Positions 1 through 11,078 are shown, numbered from the stretch's first letter. The stretch is 64,000 bases of DNA from Saccharolobus islandicus REY15A (GCF_000189555.1 NC_017276.1), one strand, 5' to 3'. Notes: generated by a model from the sequence alone, not told the origin. Made by a program: numbers and translations.

Positions 1-132
1 CTTACCCTCCATTACATCCCTTTTTTGACCATCACCAGCGGTTATATCGTCTTTAAACCTGAGTAATACATGATCTTTATCAAAATCATAAACTATCTTG
101 GTCTTTCCCTCAGAAATCTTGTTAACTTCCAT
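1..132 (-). CDS. purC: SAICAR synthetase, 5' part (runs off the window start)
   Basis: Manual translation from ATG at 132: [44 protein letters not shown], with PurC EGKTK and FKDxITAGDG motifs; not in the ORF track. Confidence 0.92.
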   Translation of the reverse strand, partial: MEVNKISEGKTKIVYDFDKDHVLLRFKDDITAGDGQKRDVMEGK

Positions 133-241
133 TACGACTATTTTACATAGCCGATATAAAAAGTTAGCTTACAACGAGTATAAACTTTTACTTTATTATG
201 TAAATCAAAATCCTTATAATTCTTCAATTATGCTTAAGCTC

Positions 242-586
242 ATGAGCAGTCAAATTACAATAGACGATTTTGCAAAATTAGACCTTAGGGTAGGAATTGT
301 AAGACAAGCTGAAAGAATTGAAGGAACAAGACTCCTAAAACTCATGGTTGACCTGGGTTCAGAACAAAGGCAAATAATTGCTGGCTTAGGAGAATATTAC
401 ACTCCAGATGAGTTATTAAACAAGAGGATAATAATTATAGTCAATTTAAAGCCTAGAGTGATTAGAGGTTTTGAGAGCCAAGGTATGTTATTAGCTGCCG
501 GATGTAAGGAGGACGAAGCGAAAGGAATAAAACCTAGGATAATAACTGTAGATGGAGAAGTCCCTCCAGGAACTAAGATATGTTAA
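242..586 (+). CDS. Stand-alone tRNA-binding OB-fold protein (MetRS C-terminal domain / Trbp111 / CsaA-like)
   Basis: DFAKLDLRVG...NLKPRVIRGFESQGMLLAA motifs; start moved to ATG 242 because the ORF-track start overlaps purC. Confidence 0.88.
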   Translation: MSSQITIDDFAKLDLRVGIVRQAERIEGTRLLKLMVDLGSEQRQIIAGLGEYYTPDELLNKRIIIIVNLKPRVIRGFESQGMLLAAGCKEDEAKGIKPRIITVDGEVPPGTKIC

Positions 587-1578
587 ATCCATTTGAAAAG
601 TTACAGATCCCACCAAAGGCTAATTACACTATCGATACTATGCTAAAAAGGCTGCCAAAGATAGGTGGTACCACAGTTAGAGATAGGGAGATAAGAAGGT
701 TAAAAGAATATTATGAAAGAATTAAGAAATACCATGACTTTGTAGTGCAATTCCCTAGAATTGATGAATTACATCCTTTTTATTTAGAGGCAACTAGAAT
801 TGTAACTGACATTGATAAACTGAGAATTTGTTTATCAGTCACTAAGAAAGCAAGTGCAATATCTATGAAGATATTGAAAGAATACATCAACCAGATAAGG
901 AAAAGCCCTGAAAATGAAGCTAATCGAATAATGCGGCAAGCTTTTGGAAGAGTAAGTTCCATACTAAGAAAATCTAGTGAATGCATAGATAAAGTAATAG
1001 ATGTAGCCAAAGAGTTAAAGAAAATTCAAGGTATAGATCCTATATTGCCAACTATTGTAGTTGCAGGTCCTCCAAATGTAGGCAAGTCTACTTTGGTTTC
1101 AAAAATCTCCACAGCTAAACCAGAAATTGCAAGTTATCCCTTTACTACAAAAGAAGTTCACGTGGGCCACGTTATTTTAGATGATTTTCGTATCCAGATT
1201 ATAGATACGCCAGGCATTTTAGATAGGCCAGAAATTGAGAGAAATAATATAGAGAGAAAGGCTACTAATGCGATAAGAAATTTAAACGGTATAATCATAT
1301 TCATGTTTGACTCCTCGATCTCCTCAGTTCTTTCTGTTGAAAGTCAAATAGAATTATTTAGAGAAGTAAAATTATTAAAAAAGGTTATAATCCCTGTTAT
1401 CAATAAAATTGATGAGAAAGACGATGAATATTATAAGAAGATTGTAGATTTTCTTTCTAAAGAAGGAAGTAAATGGTATGAAATAAGTGCTGAAAAGGGA
1501 ATAGGTTTAGACAAGTTAAAAGAAGAGCTTTTTAGCTTGATAAAGAGTAGTGGTACAAATGAAGTATCGCGTAATTGA
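580..1578 (+). CDS. NOG1-family GTP-binding protein
   Basis: G1 GPPNVGKST, YPFTTK, G3 DTPG, G4 NKID. Confidence 0.9.
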   Translation: MLNPFEKLQIPPKANYTIDTMLKRLPKIGGTTVRDREIRRLKEYYERIKKYHDFVVQFPRIDELHPFYLEATRIVTDIDKLRICLSVTKKASAISMKILKEYINQIRKSPENEANRIMRQAFGRVSSILRKSSECIDKVIDVAKELKKIQGIDPILPTIVVAGPPNVGKSTLVSKISTAKPEIASYPFTTKEVHVGHVILDDFRIQIIDTPGILDRPEIERNNIERKATNAIRNLNGIIIFMFDSSISSVLSVESQIELFREVKLLKKVIIPVINKIDEKDDEYYKKIVDFLSKEGSKWYEISAEKGIGLDKLKEELFSLIKSSGTNEVSRN

Positions 1579-2185
1579 AATCTTTACCTCTGTTCAAGGT
1601 GAAGGTGAGGTCATCGGCACTCCTTCAAATTTCATTAGACTCGCCACGTGCAATTTAAGATGTGTATGGTGTGATACAAAGTACTCGTGGGAAATTGGCA
1701 CTGAGATGACCATAGATGAGATTATTGCAAAAATAGATAAGAAAATTAGAACTACCACTATAACTGGGGGAGAGCCTTTACTCCAAAACGTAGTGCCACT
1801 TGCTAAGGAACTTAAGAGTATTGGGCATAAGATTGTGATTGAAACAAACGGTACAATAAAGCCTTCAGAGGAATTAAGGAAGATTATTGATGTATTTTCA
1901 GTTTCTCCTAAGCTTAGTAATTCTGGGCATAAACTAAAATACGACTTCTCAGACGATTGGGCTACATACTATAAGTTTGTTATAGTTTATCCAAACAAGG
2001 ATATAGATGAGGTCATTAAATTCGTTGAATCTCAGAATATTAACCCACGTAAAGTTATCCTACAACCTGATGGGAATAGAAGTGATTATATAAATGCAAT
2101 AAATGAAATAGTGCAAATTGTGTTAGATAGGGGTCTTCTGTTTAGAGTCCTTCCCCAGCTCCATAGAATTATTGGAGTTAGATGA
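1559..2185 (+). CDS. queE: 7-carboxy-7-deazaguanine synthase (QueE-type radical SAM)
   Basis: EIFTSVQGEG, CNLRCVWCDT, TGGEPLLQ, ETNGT, VSPK, PQLH motifs. Confidence 0.85.
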   Translation: MKYRVIEIFTSVQGEGEVIGTPSNFIRLATCNLRCVWCDTKYSWEIGTEMTIDEIIAKIDKKIRTTTITGGEPLLQNVVPLAKELKSIGHKIVIETNGTIKPSEELRKIIDVFSVSPKLSNSGHKLKYDFSDDWATYYKFVIVYPNKDIDEVIKFVESQNINPRKVILQPDGNRSDYINAINEIVQIVLDRGLLFRVLPQLHRIIGVR

Positions 2186-2752
2186 TAGTAAGTCTTTCAA
2201 TAGATTCATCTTTTGTTTCCCTCTTGCTAACACTTCGTTACTTACATTTACTAATGTTTTTATTTTCTCCTTATCAACCATTTCCGTATTAGTCTCTCTT
2301 AAGAGATGAACCATTCTTATTCCGGTTCTTAGTTCTACCAAGACTCCCTTTTGATTTGTAGCTAAAATCCCACTATGTTTGAATCCAGCTTCTCTAGCAA
2401 CTTTTAAGATTTCCCAAGCTGTTTCAATGTTTTTAACGTAAATGTGTATAATTGGCCCTTGTACTATTAACCATAATCTTTTAACTTGATCCTTCCTTAG
2501 AACTCCCTCTAGATCTTGTTCCGTAATTCTCAAATGGTTTTTAAACACAATAGTTGAATTTTTTCTATCCCAAGGCATTTCAGCATCGACAATGGTTATT
2601 CTTCCGCTACAGCTACTTTGTGTATATACATCATTTCTATTTCTATAGAAAGCTAATAGAAAATCTAGAATATCTGGATCTAAGTAACCTATTTCTTTGT
2701 CATGGTATATCTTACTGAGCGCCTTTTCTCTAAGCTCCTCCCATGTTAGCAT
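2123..2752 (-). CDS. taw3: tRNA(Phe) wyosine methyltransferase Taw3/TYW3
   Basis: TQSSCSGRI motif and N-terminal GYLDPDI; start set at MLTWEEL. Confidence 0.88.
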   Translation of the reverse strand: MLTWEELREKALSKIYHDKEIGYLDPDILDFLLAFYRNRNDVYTQSSCSGRITIVDAEMPWDRKNSTIVFKNHLRITEQDLEGVLRKDQVKRLWLIVQGPIIHIYVKNIETAWEILKVAREAGFKHSGILATNQKGVLVELRTGIRMVHLLRETNTEMVDKEKIKTLVNVSNEVLARGKQKMNLLKDLLSSNSNNSMELGKDSKQKTPI

Positions 2753-2787
2753 ATACTTAATTAATCTATTGTGTTCAATAAAAGTTT

Positions 2788-3180
2788 GTGACACTCAGTG
2801 ATGTGATACTGAGGTATTTGCTAAGTGAAGAACCTATTATAGAAATAAATGAGAATGAGATAAATGCGGAAGAATTCAAAAATGTTGATGAGATAAGTAT
2901 AGGAATAAGAGTGATAATTATTGGTAAAAATAGAAGGAGGAGATTAGTAGATTTGGGATTATTACAAATCATTGTCAAGTGTGGGCACTTAGATTTCATT
3001 AGAGATTATCTGGACATGAAATTTACATTAAGGGATATATATGCCAAATATCGTGCATATACAGAATTGGAATATCTTGCAATTAATGATGAGTGCGTTA
3101 AGTTGATTAACGATTTGGATTTGAAATATGTATTGTCTAGGGTTAAATCTGCATCAGAGAAAAGAAGCTCATCCAGCTGA
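2788..3180 (+). CDS. Hypothetical protein, 130 aa
   Basis: Fills the gap between taw3 and the HTH gene with typical codon usage; no motif recognised. Confidence 0.65.
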   Translation: MTLSDVILRYLLSEEPIIEINENEINAEEFKNVDEISIGIRVIIIGKNRRRRLVDLGLLQIIVKCGHLDFIRDYLDMKFTLRDIYAKYRAYTELEYLAINDECVKLINDLDLKYVLSRVKSASEKRSSSS

Positions 3181-3255
3181 CAGACTATAGGATTCTGTTT
3201 GTACATATAGTGATGAAACATTTTAACAAGTTATAATTATATCTCTAAATGCATA

Positions 3256-3576
3256 ATGAGTGAAAAGGAACGAAAGCAAGTTAAAAAGTTTTTCAAGTTC
3301 CTTTTTTTCACTTCAAGGGGAGGTATAACTAGGCTGAAAATAGTAAGAACATTAGAAGAGAAGCCCCTAAATCCTAACCAAATAGCCTCAACGTTGAAAC
3401 TTGATTATAAAACTGTTATACATCACTTAGAAGTTCTAATGGAAAACAATATAGTATATAAGGAGGCTGATGGATATGGTTTGCCATATAAACTTACAAC
3501 CTTTTATAAGACGTATAAGGACGTTTTAGACGAATTAGAAAGGGAGTTTGGACAAAAAGCTAATAAGCTAACTTAA
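3256..3576 (+). CDS. Winged-helix (ArsR-like) transcriptional regulator
   Basis: [11 protein letters not shown]...[26 protein letters not shown] pattern. Confidence 0.85.
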   Translation: MSEKERKQVKKFFKFLFFTSRGGITRLKIVRTLEEKPLNPNQIASTLKLDYKTVIHHLEVLMENNIVYKEADGYGLPYKLTTFYKTYKDVLDELEREFGQKANKLT

Positions 3577-3615
3577 CTTTTGCCTTTTAAACCTTTCTAG
3601 TTAATATCTATTTCC

Positions 3616-4122
3616 GTGAAAAAGAGAGGAAAGAGTTTAGCTGAGCTGCTAATAGACGTAAGAATTGCAAGAAATAAGGTGCAAAGCATAATTAATAGAA
3701 TGCAGAATAAGTTAGGCACTTATAATTATGTCTTTATGAGAAATGTTGCTTCATTTCCTCATTTATCGAAAATGGTTGCTAGAGAGTCTGAGCTTCTCGA
3801 GAACGTGATGGACCATTTACTGACACTAGAGGTGGTTTTAGAAATACTTGAGATAAAAATTGAGACTATTATCTATATAGGCAATATAGTTACTAGCGCT
3901 GCATCAGTAGTAGAAGCAATAAAGTTGCTTAAAGACAGTTTTAATTTAACGCCCGATATCTCAGTATTACTTGATGATATATATAGTAATTTCTATGTTA
4001 ACGTTGATCTACCTAAAGAGATAAAGATTAATGTAAAAGAAGAGGCAAGAAATGTATTAGCGAATGCAGAGAAAATAGTAGAAAAAAGAAAAAGTGAAGC
4101 TTATTATCAAGTTAATACATAG
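3616..4122 (+). CDS. cdvB3: ESCRT-III paralogue CdvB3
   Basis: 168-aa helical Snf7-like protein; recognised from sequence and from its position near pyrEF in Sulfolobales. Confidence 0.75.
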   Translation: MKKRGKSLAELLIDVRIARNKVQSIINRMQNKLGTYNYVFMRNVASFPHLSKMVARESELLENVMDHLLTLEVVLEILEIKIETIIYIGNIVTSAASVVEAIKLLKDSFNLTPDISVLLDDIYSNFYVNVDLPKEIKINVKEEARNVLANAEKIVEKRKSEAYYQVNT

Positions 4123-4139
4123 ATCTATATAGATTTAAG

Positions 4140-5150
4140 TTGAGCAAATCAATAACAAGGAAAATTCAGTTAACTGGAGGATCCACCTATATAGTCTCTT
4201 TACCAAAGGAATGGATAAAAGCGTTATCATTATCTGCTGGCGACGAAGTTGAGATTTATCAAGATACTGATATGAAGTTATTTATAGTCCCCAAATCTGC
4301 GAATACCACAGATCAGAAAGAAATCAAGAAGATTATACATTGTGATAATGTTTCTCCAGATGCCATCGTCAGGGAATTTATAGCGTATTACATAGCTGGA
4401 TTCTCTTCTGTATCAATAACATGCCCTAGGATGTCTAGTTCTACAAGGGCTTATATTAAGGACATAGTAAGGAAAAGATTACTAGGGGCTGAGGTAATAG
4501 AAGAAGATGTTAGTACGATTTCTATCCAATTTCTTGTCGATGAAAAGGAGTTATCAATTAAAAGGGCAATATCTAGAGCATTTACAATATCATACAATAT
4601 GCTTAGAGATTCCTTAGAGGCCATAAGTAAGTCTGATATCGAGCTGGCTAAAGAAATCTCGGGAAGAGATGATGAGGTGGACAGGTTTTTCTTCTATATT
4701 GCCAGGCAATTAACCATTTCAGTAAAAGCAATAAACGTCTTGGATTCTGAGGGCTATAATCTTACACAAACTGTCGATATATATTCAGTAGCTAAAACAA
4801 TTGAAAGAGTAGGTGATCATGCAAACAGAATAGCAAGTCTAGCAGAGGATGTAAGTAAGTTTAGTAATAAAGAAGATCTAGTTAATTTAGGTCTTATGAT
4901 TTTGGAAAGCTATAAGTCGGCCATAAATGCGTTTTTAAATGAAAAGAAAGACGTTGCACATAATTTAATTTCAAATACTGAAATATTTGAAAAATTAAGA
5001 GAATTACAAGAAATAGCAATTAAAAGCAATGATAATTCAAAAATTATAACTTCAACTTCAATGACAGTTGAATCTCTAAGGAGGGTTGCAAGATATTCAG
5101 CTGATATAGCAGAGGCTACAATAGATATGTTAGCTAAATCGAATAGGTAA
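4140..5150 (+). CDS. phoU: AbrB/SpoVT-PhoU fusion phosphate-uptake regulator
   Basis: N-terminal RKIQLTGGSTYIVSLPKEW (AbrB) plus PhoU repeats DDEVDRF and ERVGDHA. Confidence 0.88.
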   Translation: MSKSITRKIQLTGGSTYIVSLPKEWIKALSLSAGDEVEIYQDTDMKLFIVPKSANTTDQKEIKKIIHCDNVSPDAIVREFIAYYIAGFSSVSITCPRMSSSTRAYIKDIVRKRLLGAEVIEEDVSTISIQFLVDEKELSIKRAISRAFTISYNMLRDSLEAISKSDIELAKEISGRDDEVDRFFFYIARQLTISVKAINVLDSEGYNLTQTVDIYSVAKTIERVGDHANRIASLAEDVSKFSNKEDLVNLGLMILESYKSAINAFLNEKKDVAHNLISNTEIFEKLRELQEIAIKSNDNSKIITSTSMTVESLRRVARYSADIAEATIDMLAKSNR

Positions 5151-5771
5151 CGAATTTTAAGTAATTAGGAAAAGTTAGGTTTCTGTATATATTCATCAAT
5201 TCCTCTAAATTTTTTGCTTTTTTTACCTTATTAACTAAATTTTTTAAAACTAGCTTATCATCTAATGTATATACACCACGTCTATATAAAGAGGAAATGC
5301 ATCTGGTATTCATAACTGAAACTACTGCATAACCAATGCTAAATAAATGATCAGCTGTTTCCAAATCCTTATGAGAAAATAAGCAAATTCCCGGATGGGT
5401 ATGTGTAGTAGCTATACCCTTTGGAAATGGTATAGAAACTTTTCTCTCGTCTCCCTCGAGTATTATATATGATCCATCACTAAGTACTATGTTCATAAAT
5501 TCCACATCTGAATTGATAGTTCTACTTGCATAGTTTAACATGAGGTTTCGTAAGAAATCCATATAAATCCTTAATATTTCATCATAAATTGCAAAATATT
5601 CATAGACGCTTTTGCCCTTTTTGACTAAGTCATCGTTGATATCAATTTCGTAGTCTCTATCTATATAAATATAAGTTAAATCTGTTGTTGGAACTATACT
5701 ATACTCCTCGTGAAGATTTTCCCCTATTATTGTTAGTTTATAAAGATCGGCTATTTTTTCGCTAACTTCAT
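5134..5771 (-). pseudogene. JAB/MPN-motif protein, frame-broken or non-AUG-initiated (about 207-212 aa if intact)
   Basis: Frame is open 5799-5134 with no ATG/GTG/TTG before 5562. ATG at 5771 overlaps the pyrF stop and reads MKLAKK-stop across an A6 tract. Motif THTHPGICLFSHKD. Confidence 0.6.
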
Positions 5772-6436
5772 TTTTCCCTAAAAATTGCTCCTTTACAATT
5801 CATCACCTTATCCTCAATAATCTTATTTATAGTTCTTAATGCTGCAAATGGATTCTCTGCATTATAGATACTTCTTCCAATGATTTCATAATTTGCTCCA
5901 GCACATACTGCATCGCCATAACTTCCACCTTGGCTACCCATACCCGGAGAGATTATAGTCATTTTTCCGAAGTCTTTCCTATACTCCGTTATGGAATCCA
6001 ATTTAGTCCCCCCAACCACTATTCCTTTAGGGCTTATCTCTCTTATAACGTTCTTAATATAGTCTGTGAATAACGTACTCCATCCTTCATGTGACATTAC
6101 TGCAACTAGGTATAGATTTTTGGAGTTTGCATCAAGATATTTTTTTAATTCATCTAGAGATCCTTTAACGCCTATAAAAGAATGTGCTATGAACGAGCTG
6201 GCGAAAGATAATTTTTCAACTACGCTTTTCATTATGAATCCGATATCTGCAAGCTTAAAATCAACGATAATTTCCTCAACGTTTAAATCATTTAGGAGCT
6301 CTCTAGTTTTATGTACTCCTAGATCTAATACCAACGGTAAACCAATTTTTATCCCATATAACTCATTTTCCATTTCTTTAAGAATCTGATATGAGAGAGG
6401 TTTATCCATTGCTAATATTACTCTACTTTTCAACAT
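5768..6436 (-). CDS. pyrF: Orotidine 5'-phosphate decarboxylase
   Basis: [31 protein letters not shown]. Confidence 0.96.
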   Translation of the reverse strand: MLKSRVILAMDKPLSYQILKEMENELYGIKIGLPLVLDLGVHKTRELLNDLNVEEIIVDFKLADIGFIMKSVVEKLSFASSFIAHSFIGVKGSLDELKKYLDANSKNLYLVAVMSHEGWSTLFTDYIKNVIREISPKGIVVGGTKLDSITEYRKDFGKMTIISPGMGSQGGSYGDAVCAGANYEIIGRSIYNAENPFAALRTINKIIEDKVMNCKGAIFREK

Positions 6437-7010
6437 TCTTCACCAAATAATCTAGAATTGATTTCTTTTCATTATCTTTAAGCTTATCACTCTTCAATAA
6501 TTCATCTAGAATTTCTGAAATTTTAAATAAAGAGTGTAATTTGACTCCTAATTTTTCCAATCTTTGTGAAGCCCCTTCTTGTCTATCTATGATTACTAAT
6601 GCGTCTGAAACTTTACCCCCACCATTAAGAATCTCCAATGTTGCTTTCTCTATGGATACTCCAGTAGTTGCAACATCGTCTACTAATAATACTCTCTTTC
6701 CTTTTACATCGAGTTCTAATGTACGATTGGTTCCATGGCCTTTCTTTTCTATCCTAATATATCCCATAGGCTCTCTAAGGTTACAAGCCATGAAAGACGA
6801 TAAGGGAACTCCTCCGGTAGCTATTCCTACTATTATATCATGGGGTATATCTTTTACCTTCTTTATAGCTTGATTAACTATATCGTAAAATTCTGGATAA
6901 TTTGGTAAAGGTCTTAAATCTAAGTAATACGGGCTAACCTTACCTGACGTTAAAACGAAACTTCCTATTAATAATAATTTCCTTTCGAGTAATACTTCTG
7001 CGAAACTCAT
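6423..7010 (-). CDS. pyrE: Orotate phosphoribosyltransferase
   Basis: [16 protein letters not shown] motif [11 protein letters not shown]. Confidence 0.96.
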   Translation of the reverse strand: MSFAEVLLERKLLLIGSFVLTSGKVSPYYLDLRPLPNYPEFYDIVNQAIKKVKDIPHDIIVGIATGGVPLSSFMACNLREPMGYIRIEKKGHGTNRTLELDVKGKRVLLVDDVATTGVSIEKATLEILNGGGKVSDALVIIDRQEGASQRLEKLGVKLHSLFKISEILDELLKSDKLKDNEKKSILDYLVKNVEK

Positions 7011-7073
7011 ACGTAGAGAGTCTGTGAAAAAGAATTTAAATATACTTCTATCATAACCAATTATAAGGGCTTT
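7011..7073. promoter_or_regulatory. Divergent pyrE/pyrB promoter with a central TTTAAA TATA element (7035-7040)
   Basis: 63-bp gap; GAAAAAGAATTTAAATA BRE/TATA-like sequence about 25 and 33 nt from the two start codons. Confidence 0.55.
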
Positions 7074-7985
7074 GTGAGATTAAGACACGTAGTTTCTTCC
7101 CTAGACCTGACCAGAGATGACTATTTTCGAATATTCGAACTTGCAGACAAGTTCTCTAATGTGAAAAAACTAAATTATCTATCAGGGAAAGTAGTTTCAT
7201 TAGCTTTCTTTGAGCCAAGTACTAGAACTGCTCAAAGCTTTCATACCGCAGCAATAAAATTGGGTGCTGATGTAATAGGATTTGCCTCAGAAGAATCTAC
7301 TTCGATAGCTAAGGGTGAAAATCTAGCTGATACCATTAGGATGTTGAACAATTACTCAAATTGTATTGTAATGAGACATAAGTTTGATGGAGCAGCGTTA
7401 TTTGCTAGTGAGATAAGTGATATACCTATAATCAATGCCGGAGATGGAAAGCACGAGCATCCCACCCAAGCACTCATAGATTTATATACTATTTATAAGG
7501 TGTTTGGCGAAATAGATGGGAGAACTTTCGGATTATTAGGGGATCTGAAATACGCAAGGACCGTAAACAGTTTGCTAAGAGCATTAACTAGATTCAAACC
7601 AAAGAAGATATTTCTAATTTCTCCTTCTCAGTTAAAGGTCAGAAGAGAGATTTTAGATGGATTAAACTATCCAGTTATAGAAACTGAAAATCCCTATGAC
7701 GTGATACAAGATATCGACGTGTTATATGTGACTCGAATTCAAAAAGAAAGATTTGTTGATGAATTAGAATACGAGAAAGTTAAGGAGAGTTATGTGGTTG
7801 ATCTCAAGTTAGTTAATATGATGAAGAAAGATGGAATTATATTGCATCCATTACCTAGGGTTACCGAAATAGATAGGAAAGTCGATAAAACTACAAACGC
7901 TAAATACTTCTATCAAGCATCATTAGCCGTTCCAGTTAGAATGGCTTTATTTTATGAGGTTTTGGGTGAAAGGAAAGATGATTAG
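7074..7985 (+). CDS. pyrB: Aspartate carbamoyltransferase catalytic subunit
   Basis: [26 protein letters not shown]. Confidence 0.97.
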   Translation: MRLRHVVSSLDLTRDDYFRIFELADKFSNVKKLNYLSGKVVSLAFFEPSTRTAQSFHTAAIKLGADVIGFASEESTSIAKGENLADTIRMLNNYSNCIVMRHKFDGAALFASEISDIPIINAGDGKHEHPTQALIDLYTIYKVFGEIDGRTFGLLGDLKYARTVNSLLRALTRFKPKKIFLISPSQLKVRREILDGLNYPVIETENPYDVIQDIDVLYVTRIQKERFVDELEYEKVKESYVVDLKLVNMMKKDGIILHPLPRVTEIDRKVDKTTNAKYFYQASLAVPVRMALFYEVLGERKDD

Positions 7986-8457
7986 CTCTTCAAAAAGGGA
8001 TGAATTAATCGTAAGTAAAATAAGGAAAGGTACAGTAATTGATCATATTCCAGCTGGTAGAGCATTGGCAGTATTGAGAATTCTAGGGATAAGAGGAAGT
8101 GAAGGCTATAGAGTAGCGTTAGTTATGAATGTAGAAAGTAAAAAAATAGGAAGGAAAGATATAGTGAAAATTGAGGATAGGGTGATTGACGAGAAAGAAG
8201 CTAGCCTAATAACACTAATAGCTCCATCTGCTACCATAAATATTATAAGAGATTACGTAGTGACAGAGAAAAGGCATTTAGAGGTTCCAAAGCAGATTAG
8301 AGGATTAATAAAATGTCCTAATCCACAGTGTATAACAAATAATGACGTTGAGGCTGAAAGTAGATTTACAACAATTTCAATTAAACCTCTTAAGCTAAAG
8401 TGTGAATATTGTGAGATATATATTACAGAAGAAGATGTCATAAGGCAGATATTATGA
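7978..8457 (+). CDS. pyrI: Aspartate carbamoyltransferase regulatory subunit
   Basis: GTVIDHI, Zn motifs CPNPQCIT and CEYC; start ATG 7978. Confidence 0.96.
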   Translation: MISSSKRDELIVSKIRKGTVIDHIPAGRALAVLRILGIRGSEGYRVALVMNVESKKIGRKDIVKIEDRVIDEKEASLITLIAPSATINIIRDYVVTEKRHLEVPKQIRGLIKCPNPQCITNNDVEAESRFTTISIKPLKLKCEYCEIYITEEDVIRQIL

Positions 8458-9056
8458 TATATTATGAAGTTATTGAAAAGAAAATTATAGATAATGTGTA
8501 CGAAATAAAAATAGCCAACTTTAACGTTAAACCAAAAGCAGGCCAATACGTGAGTCTAATACTGCCTAGTAAGGCTGAAATACCATTAGGTGTTGGAGAC
8601 TATGATGAAGGTAATAACAAACTTAAACTTTATGTTGAGTCAGAAAAGTTAGCTAACGAAATAGGCAAAAGAGTAATCTTAAAGGGTCCTTTGGGCAAAC
8701 CCCTAGACTTTACTAATGTAAGAACTATTGTTGGTATTGCATATGGTAAACTTTACCACGACTTGTTATATCCTTTAAAGATTGCTTATCAGAATAAGAT
8801 AGAGACCTTTGCAAAGTGTATAGACTGTAAATTAAATTATGATGAACCTAGAAGTATTGAGGATGCTGATCTTATTTTAGTTTCAGCGCCGTTACAACTC
8901 TTATATGGATTAAAAGTACCTAGAAAGAAAACCTTAGTCTTCAATAGATGGGTTAAGATGAATTGTAATCTAGGAGTTTGCGGAGTATGTGAAGTAAAAG
9001 GTAAATTAACTTGTATAGATGGTCCTTTCATGAGGCTTGATGATCTTGTGGATTAA
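8454..9056 (+). CDS. pyrK: Dihydroorotate dehydrogenase electron-transfer subunit-like protein
   Basis: PGQY-like KAGQY, GPLG, C-terminal [11 protein letters not shown]...CIDGP 2Fe-2S motif; lies in the pyr operon. Confidence 0.75.
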   Translation: MIYYEVIEKKIIDNVYEIKIANFNVKPKAGQYVSLILPSKAEIPLGVGDYDEGNNKLKLYVESEKLANEIGKRVILKGPLGKPLDFTNVRTIVGIAYGKLYHDLLYPLKIAYQNKIETFAKCIDCKLNYDEPRSIEDADLILVSAPLQLLYGLKVPRKKTLVFNRWVKMNCNLGVCGVCEVKGKLTCIDGPFMRLDDLVD

Positions 9057-10209
9057 GGGAAAAGCATACTTAAATAAGGAGATTAAGGAAGTTTGTATAA
9101 ATTTTGATAGACGAATAAAGGAAATCAAATCGATTTGTAAACCAGATATTGATTTACCACAAGGTACATTAATACTACCTGGGGCAATAGATCTTCATAC
9201 TCACATAAGAGGATTAAAATTGTCATATAAAGAAGATGTAGTATCAGGGACTAGCGAAGCTTCTTACGGTGGGGTTACATTAATAGGAGATATGCCAAAT
9301 ACTATACCATTTGTAAACACGGTGGAGACGATAACTACTAAGTTAAAAGAGTTTGAATATTACTCTAGAGTTGATTACTTCGTTTATTCTGGCGTTACTA
9401 AGGATCTTGAGAAAGTTGATAAATTGCCTATAGCTGGTTACAAGATATTTCCCGAAGATCTAGAGAAGGAAGAGACATTTGAGGTTTTAAAGTCTAGAAA
9501 ACTGAAAATTCTTCACCCGGAAGTTCCGTTAGCATTAAAGAGTAATAGAAAACTAAGGTTGAACATATGGTACGAGATAGGAGCATTATATTATGTAAAG
9601 GCCTATCAAAATGTTCATATAACTCATGCGACTAATATACGTACTGTAAGATTGGCTAAAGAGTTAGGTTTTACTGTAGATATAACACCTCATCATCTAT
9701 TAGTTAATGGTGAGAAGGATTGCTTAACCAAGGTTAATCCACCAATAAGAGATATAAATGAAAGGCTTTGGTTATTACAAGCTATAAGTGAAGTAGATAC
9801 AATTGTAAGTGATCACGCTCCTCATGCAAGTTTCGAAAAACTGCAACCTTACGAGGTATGTCCACCCGGTATAGCTGCTGTCTCGTTTACAGTTCCTTTT
9901 ACCTTAACGTTAGTCAGTAAAGGTATAATTAGTATTGACAGAGCGGTAGAACTCATTTCTACAAATCCAGCTAGAATATTGAATATTCCTTATGGTGATA
10001 TTAAAGAAAACAATTATGCAAATTTTACCATAATACAATTTAACGATTGGAGATATTCGACTAAATACTCTAGGGTTATTGAAACTCCTCTAGACGGATT
10101 TCCGCTAAAGGCTTCAGTTTACATGACTATCGTTCAAGGAAAGGCGAGTAATTTAGAGGGAGAGGTATTTCCAGTGAAGGGAATAAATCCATTTGGTGAA
10201 GATAAATGA
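9037..10209 (+). CDS. pyrC: Dihydroorotase
   Basis: [24 protein letters not shown]. Confidence 0.94.
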   Translation: MMILWIKGKAYLNKEIKEVCINFDRRIKEIKSICKPDIDLPQGTLILPGAIDLHTHIRGLKLSYKEDVVSGTSEASYGGVTLIGDMPNTIPFVNTVETITTKLKEFEYYSRVDYFVYSGVTKDLEKVDKLPIAGYKIFPEDLEKEETFEVLKSRKLKILHPEVPLALKSNRKLRLNIWYEIGALYYVKAYQNVHITHATNIRTVRLAKELGFTVDITPHHLLVNGEKDCLTKVNPPIRDINERLWLLQAISEVDTIVSDHAPHASFEKLQPYEVCPPGIAAVSFTVPFTLTLVSKGIISIDRAVELISTNPARILNIPYGDIKENNYANFTIIQFNDWRYSTKYSRVIETPLDGFPLKASVYMTIVQGKASNLEGEVFPVKGINPFGEDK

Positions 10210-11078
10210 TTAAGATAAAAGATATTACATTTAACGATCCTTTAACGATAGCTTCAGGAATTATACCAGATGTTCCAAATTATGTAACGACAGTTTGTGA
10301 GAAATATAAGCCATCTGCAATTACCACGAAAACAGTGACACTTAATCCCTTAGGACCTCATAAACCTCCTACAGTCATAAAACTTCACGATGGTATCTAT
10401 ATGAACGCCATAGGTTTAGGAAATCCGGGTGCAAAAGCCATAAATGAAATGAACGTTTCATGTCCCCTTATAGTAAGCGTTGGTGGTGCTTCCATAAATG
10501 AAATAAAAGAAGTGGTAAAAGTTATTGAGAGTAAGGCGAAGATAATAGAAATAAACGTGAGTAGTCCTAACAGAAAAGGTTATGGAGAATCATTATCTAC
10601 GTTAATTGGGGATATAGTCGAAAACGTCAAAAGTGTGACCAGATTACCGGTATTTGTTAAATTAGGTCCTTGGGATAACGTTGTTGAACTTGCGGGAAGG
10701 GCTTTAGAAAAAGGTGCGGATGGATTTACTCTTATAAATACTATAAGGGGATTAATTGTTGATATAGAGACTTTTAAGCCAATTCTCTACTACGGTACGG
10801 GTGGAGTTTCTGGTAGGTGCCTTTATCCTGTTGCTCTTAGGATAATAAGAGACGTTTATGAAGAGTATGGAGTTGACATTATAGGAGTTGGCGGTGTATA
10901 CGATTGGACTGACGTTATTGGAATGTTAGCGGTTGGTGCTAAACTAGTAGGTTTAGGTACTGTATTAATTGAGAAAGGATTTAGCATTATTGAGGAAATT
11001 CGGAAAGGTTTGCAATCCTATTTATTTGAAAAGGGTTTAAAATTTGAAGATATTATAGGTATTTCAGTGAGAAGATAA
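10206..11078 (+). CDS. pyrD: Dihydroorotate dehydrogenase catalytic subunit
   Basis: [28 protein letters not shown]. Confidence 0.94.
   Translation: MIKIKDITFNDPLTIASGIIPDVPNYVTTVCEKYKPSAITTKTVTLNPLGPHKPPTVIKLHDGIYMNAIGLGNPGAKAINEMNVSCPLIVSVGGASINEIKEVVKVIESKAKIIEINVSSPNRKGYGESLSTLIGDIVENVKSVTRLPVFVKLGPWDNVVELAGRALEKGADGFTLINTIRGLIVDIETFKPILYYGTGGVSGRCLYPVALRIIRDVYEEYGVDIIGVGGVYDWTDVIGMLAVGAKLVGLGTVLIEKGFSIIEEIRKGLQSYLFEKGLKFEDIIGISVRR

Noticed and set aside
242-586. Split MetRS as a novelty (free C-terminal domain here, short metG at 49378-51099)
   Set aside because: Stand-alone Trbp/MetRS-C proteins with short MetRS are a known crenarchaeal arrangement.
3210-3255. GTGATGA C-box and TATAATTATA palindrome upstream of the wHTH gene
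   Set aside because: No downstream D box; the palindrome is low-complexity AT sequence expected in a promoter.
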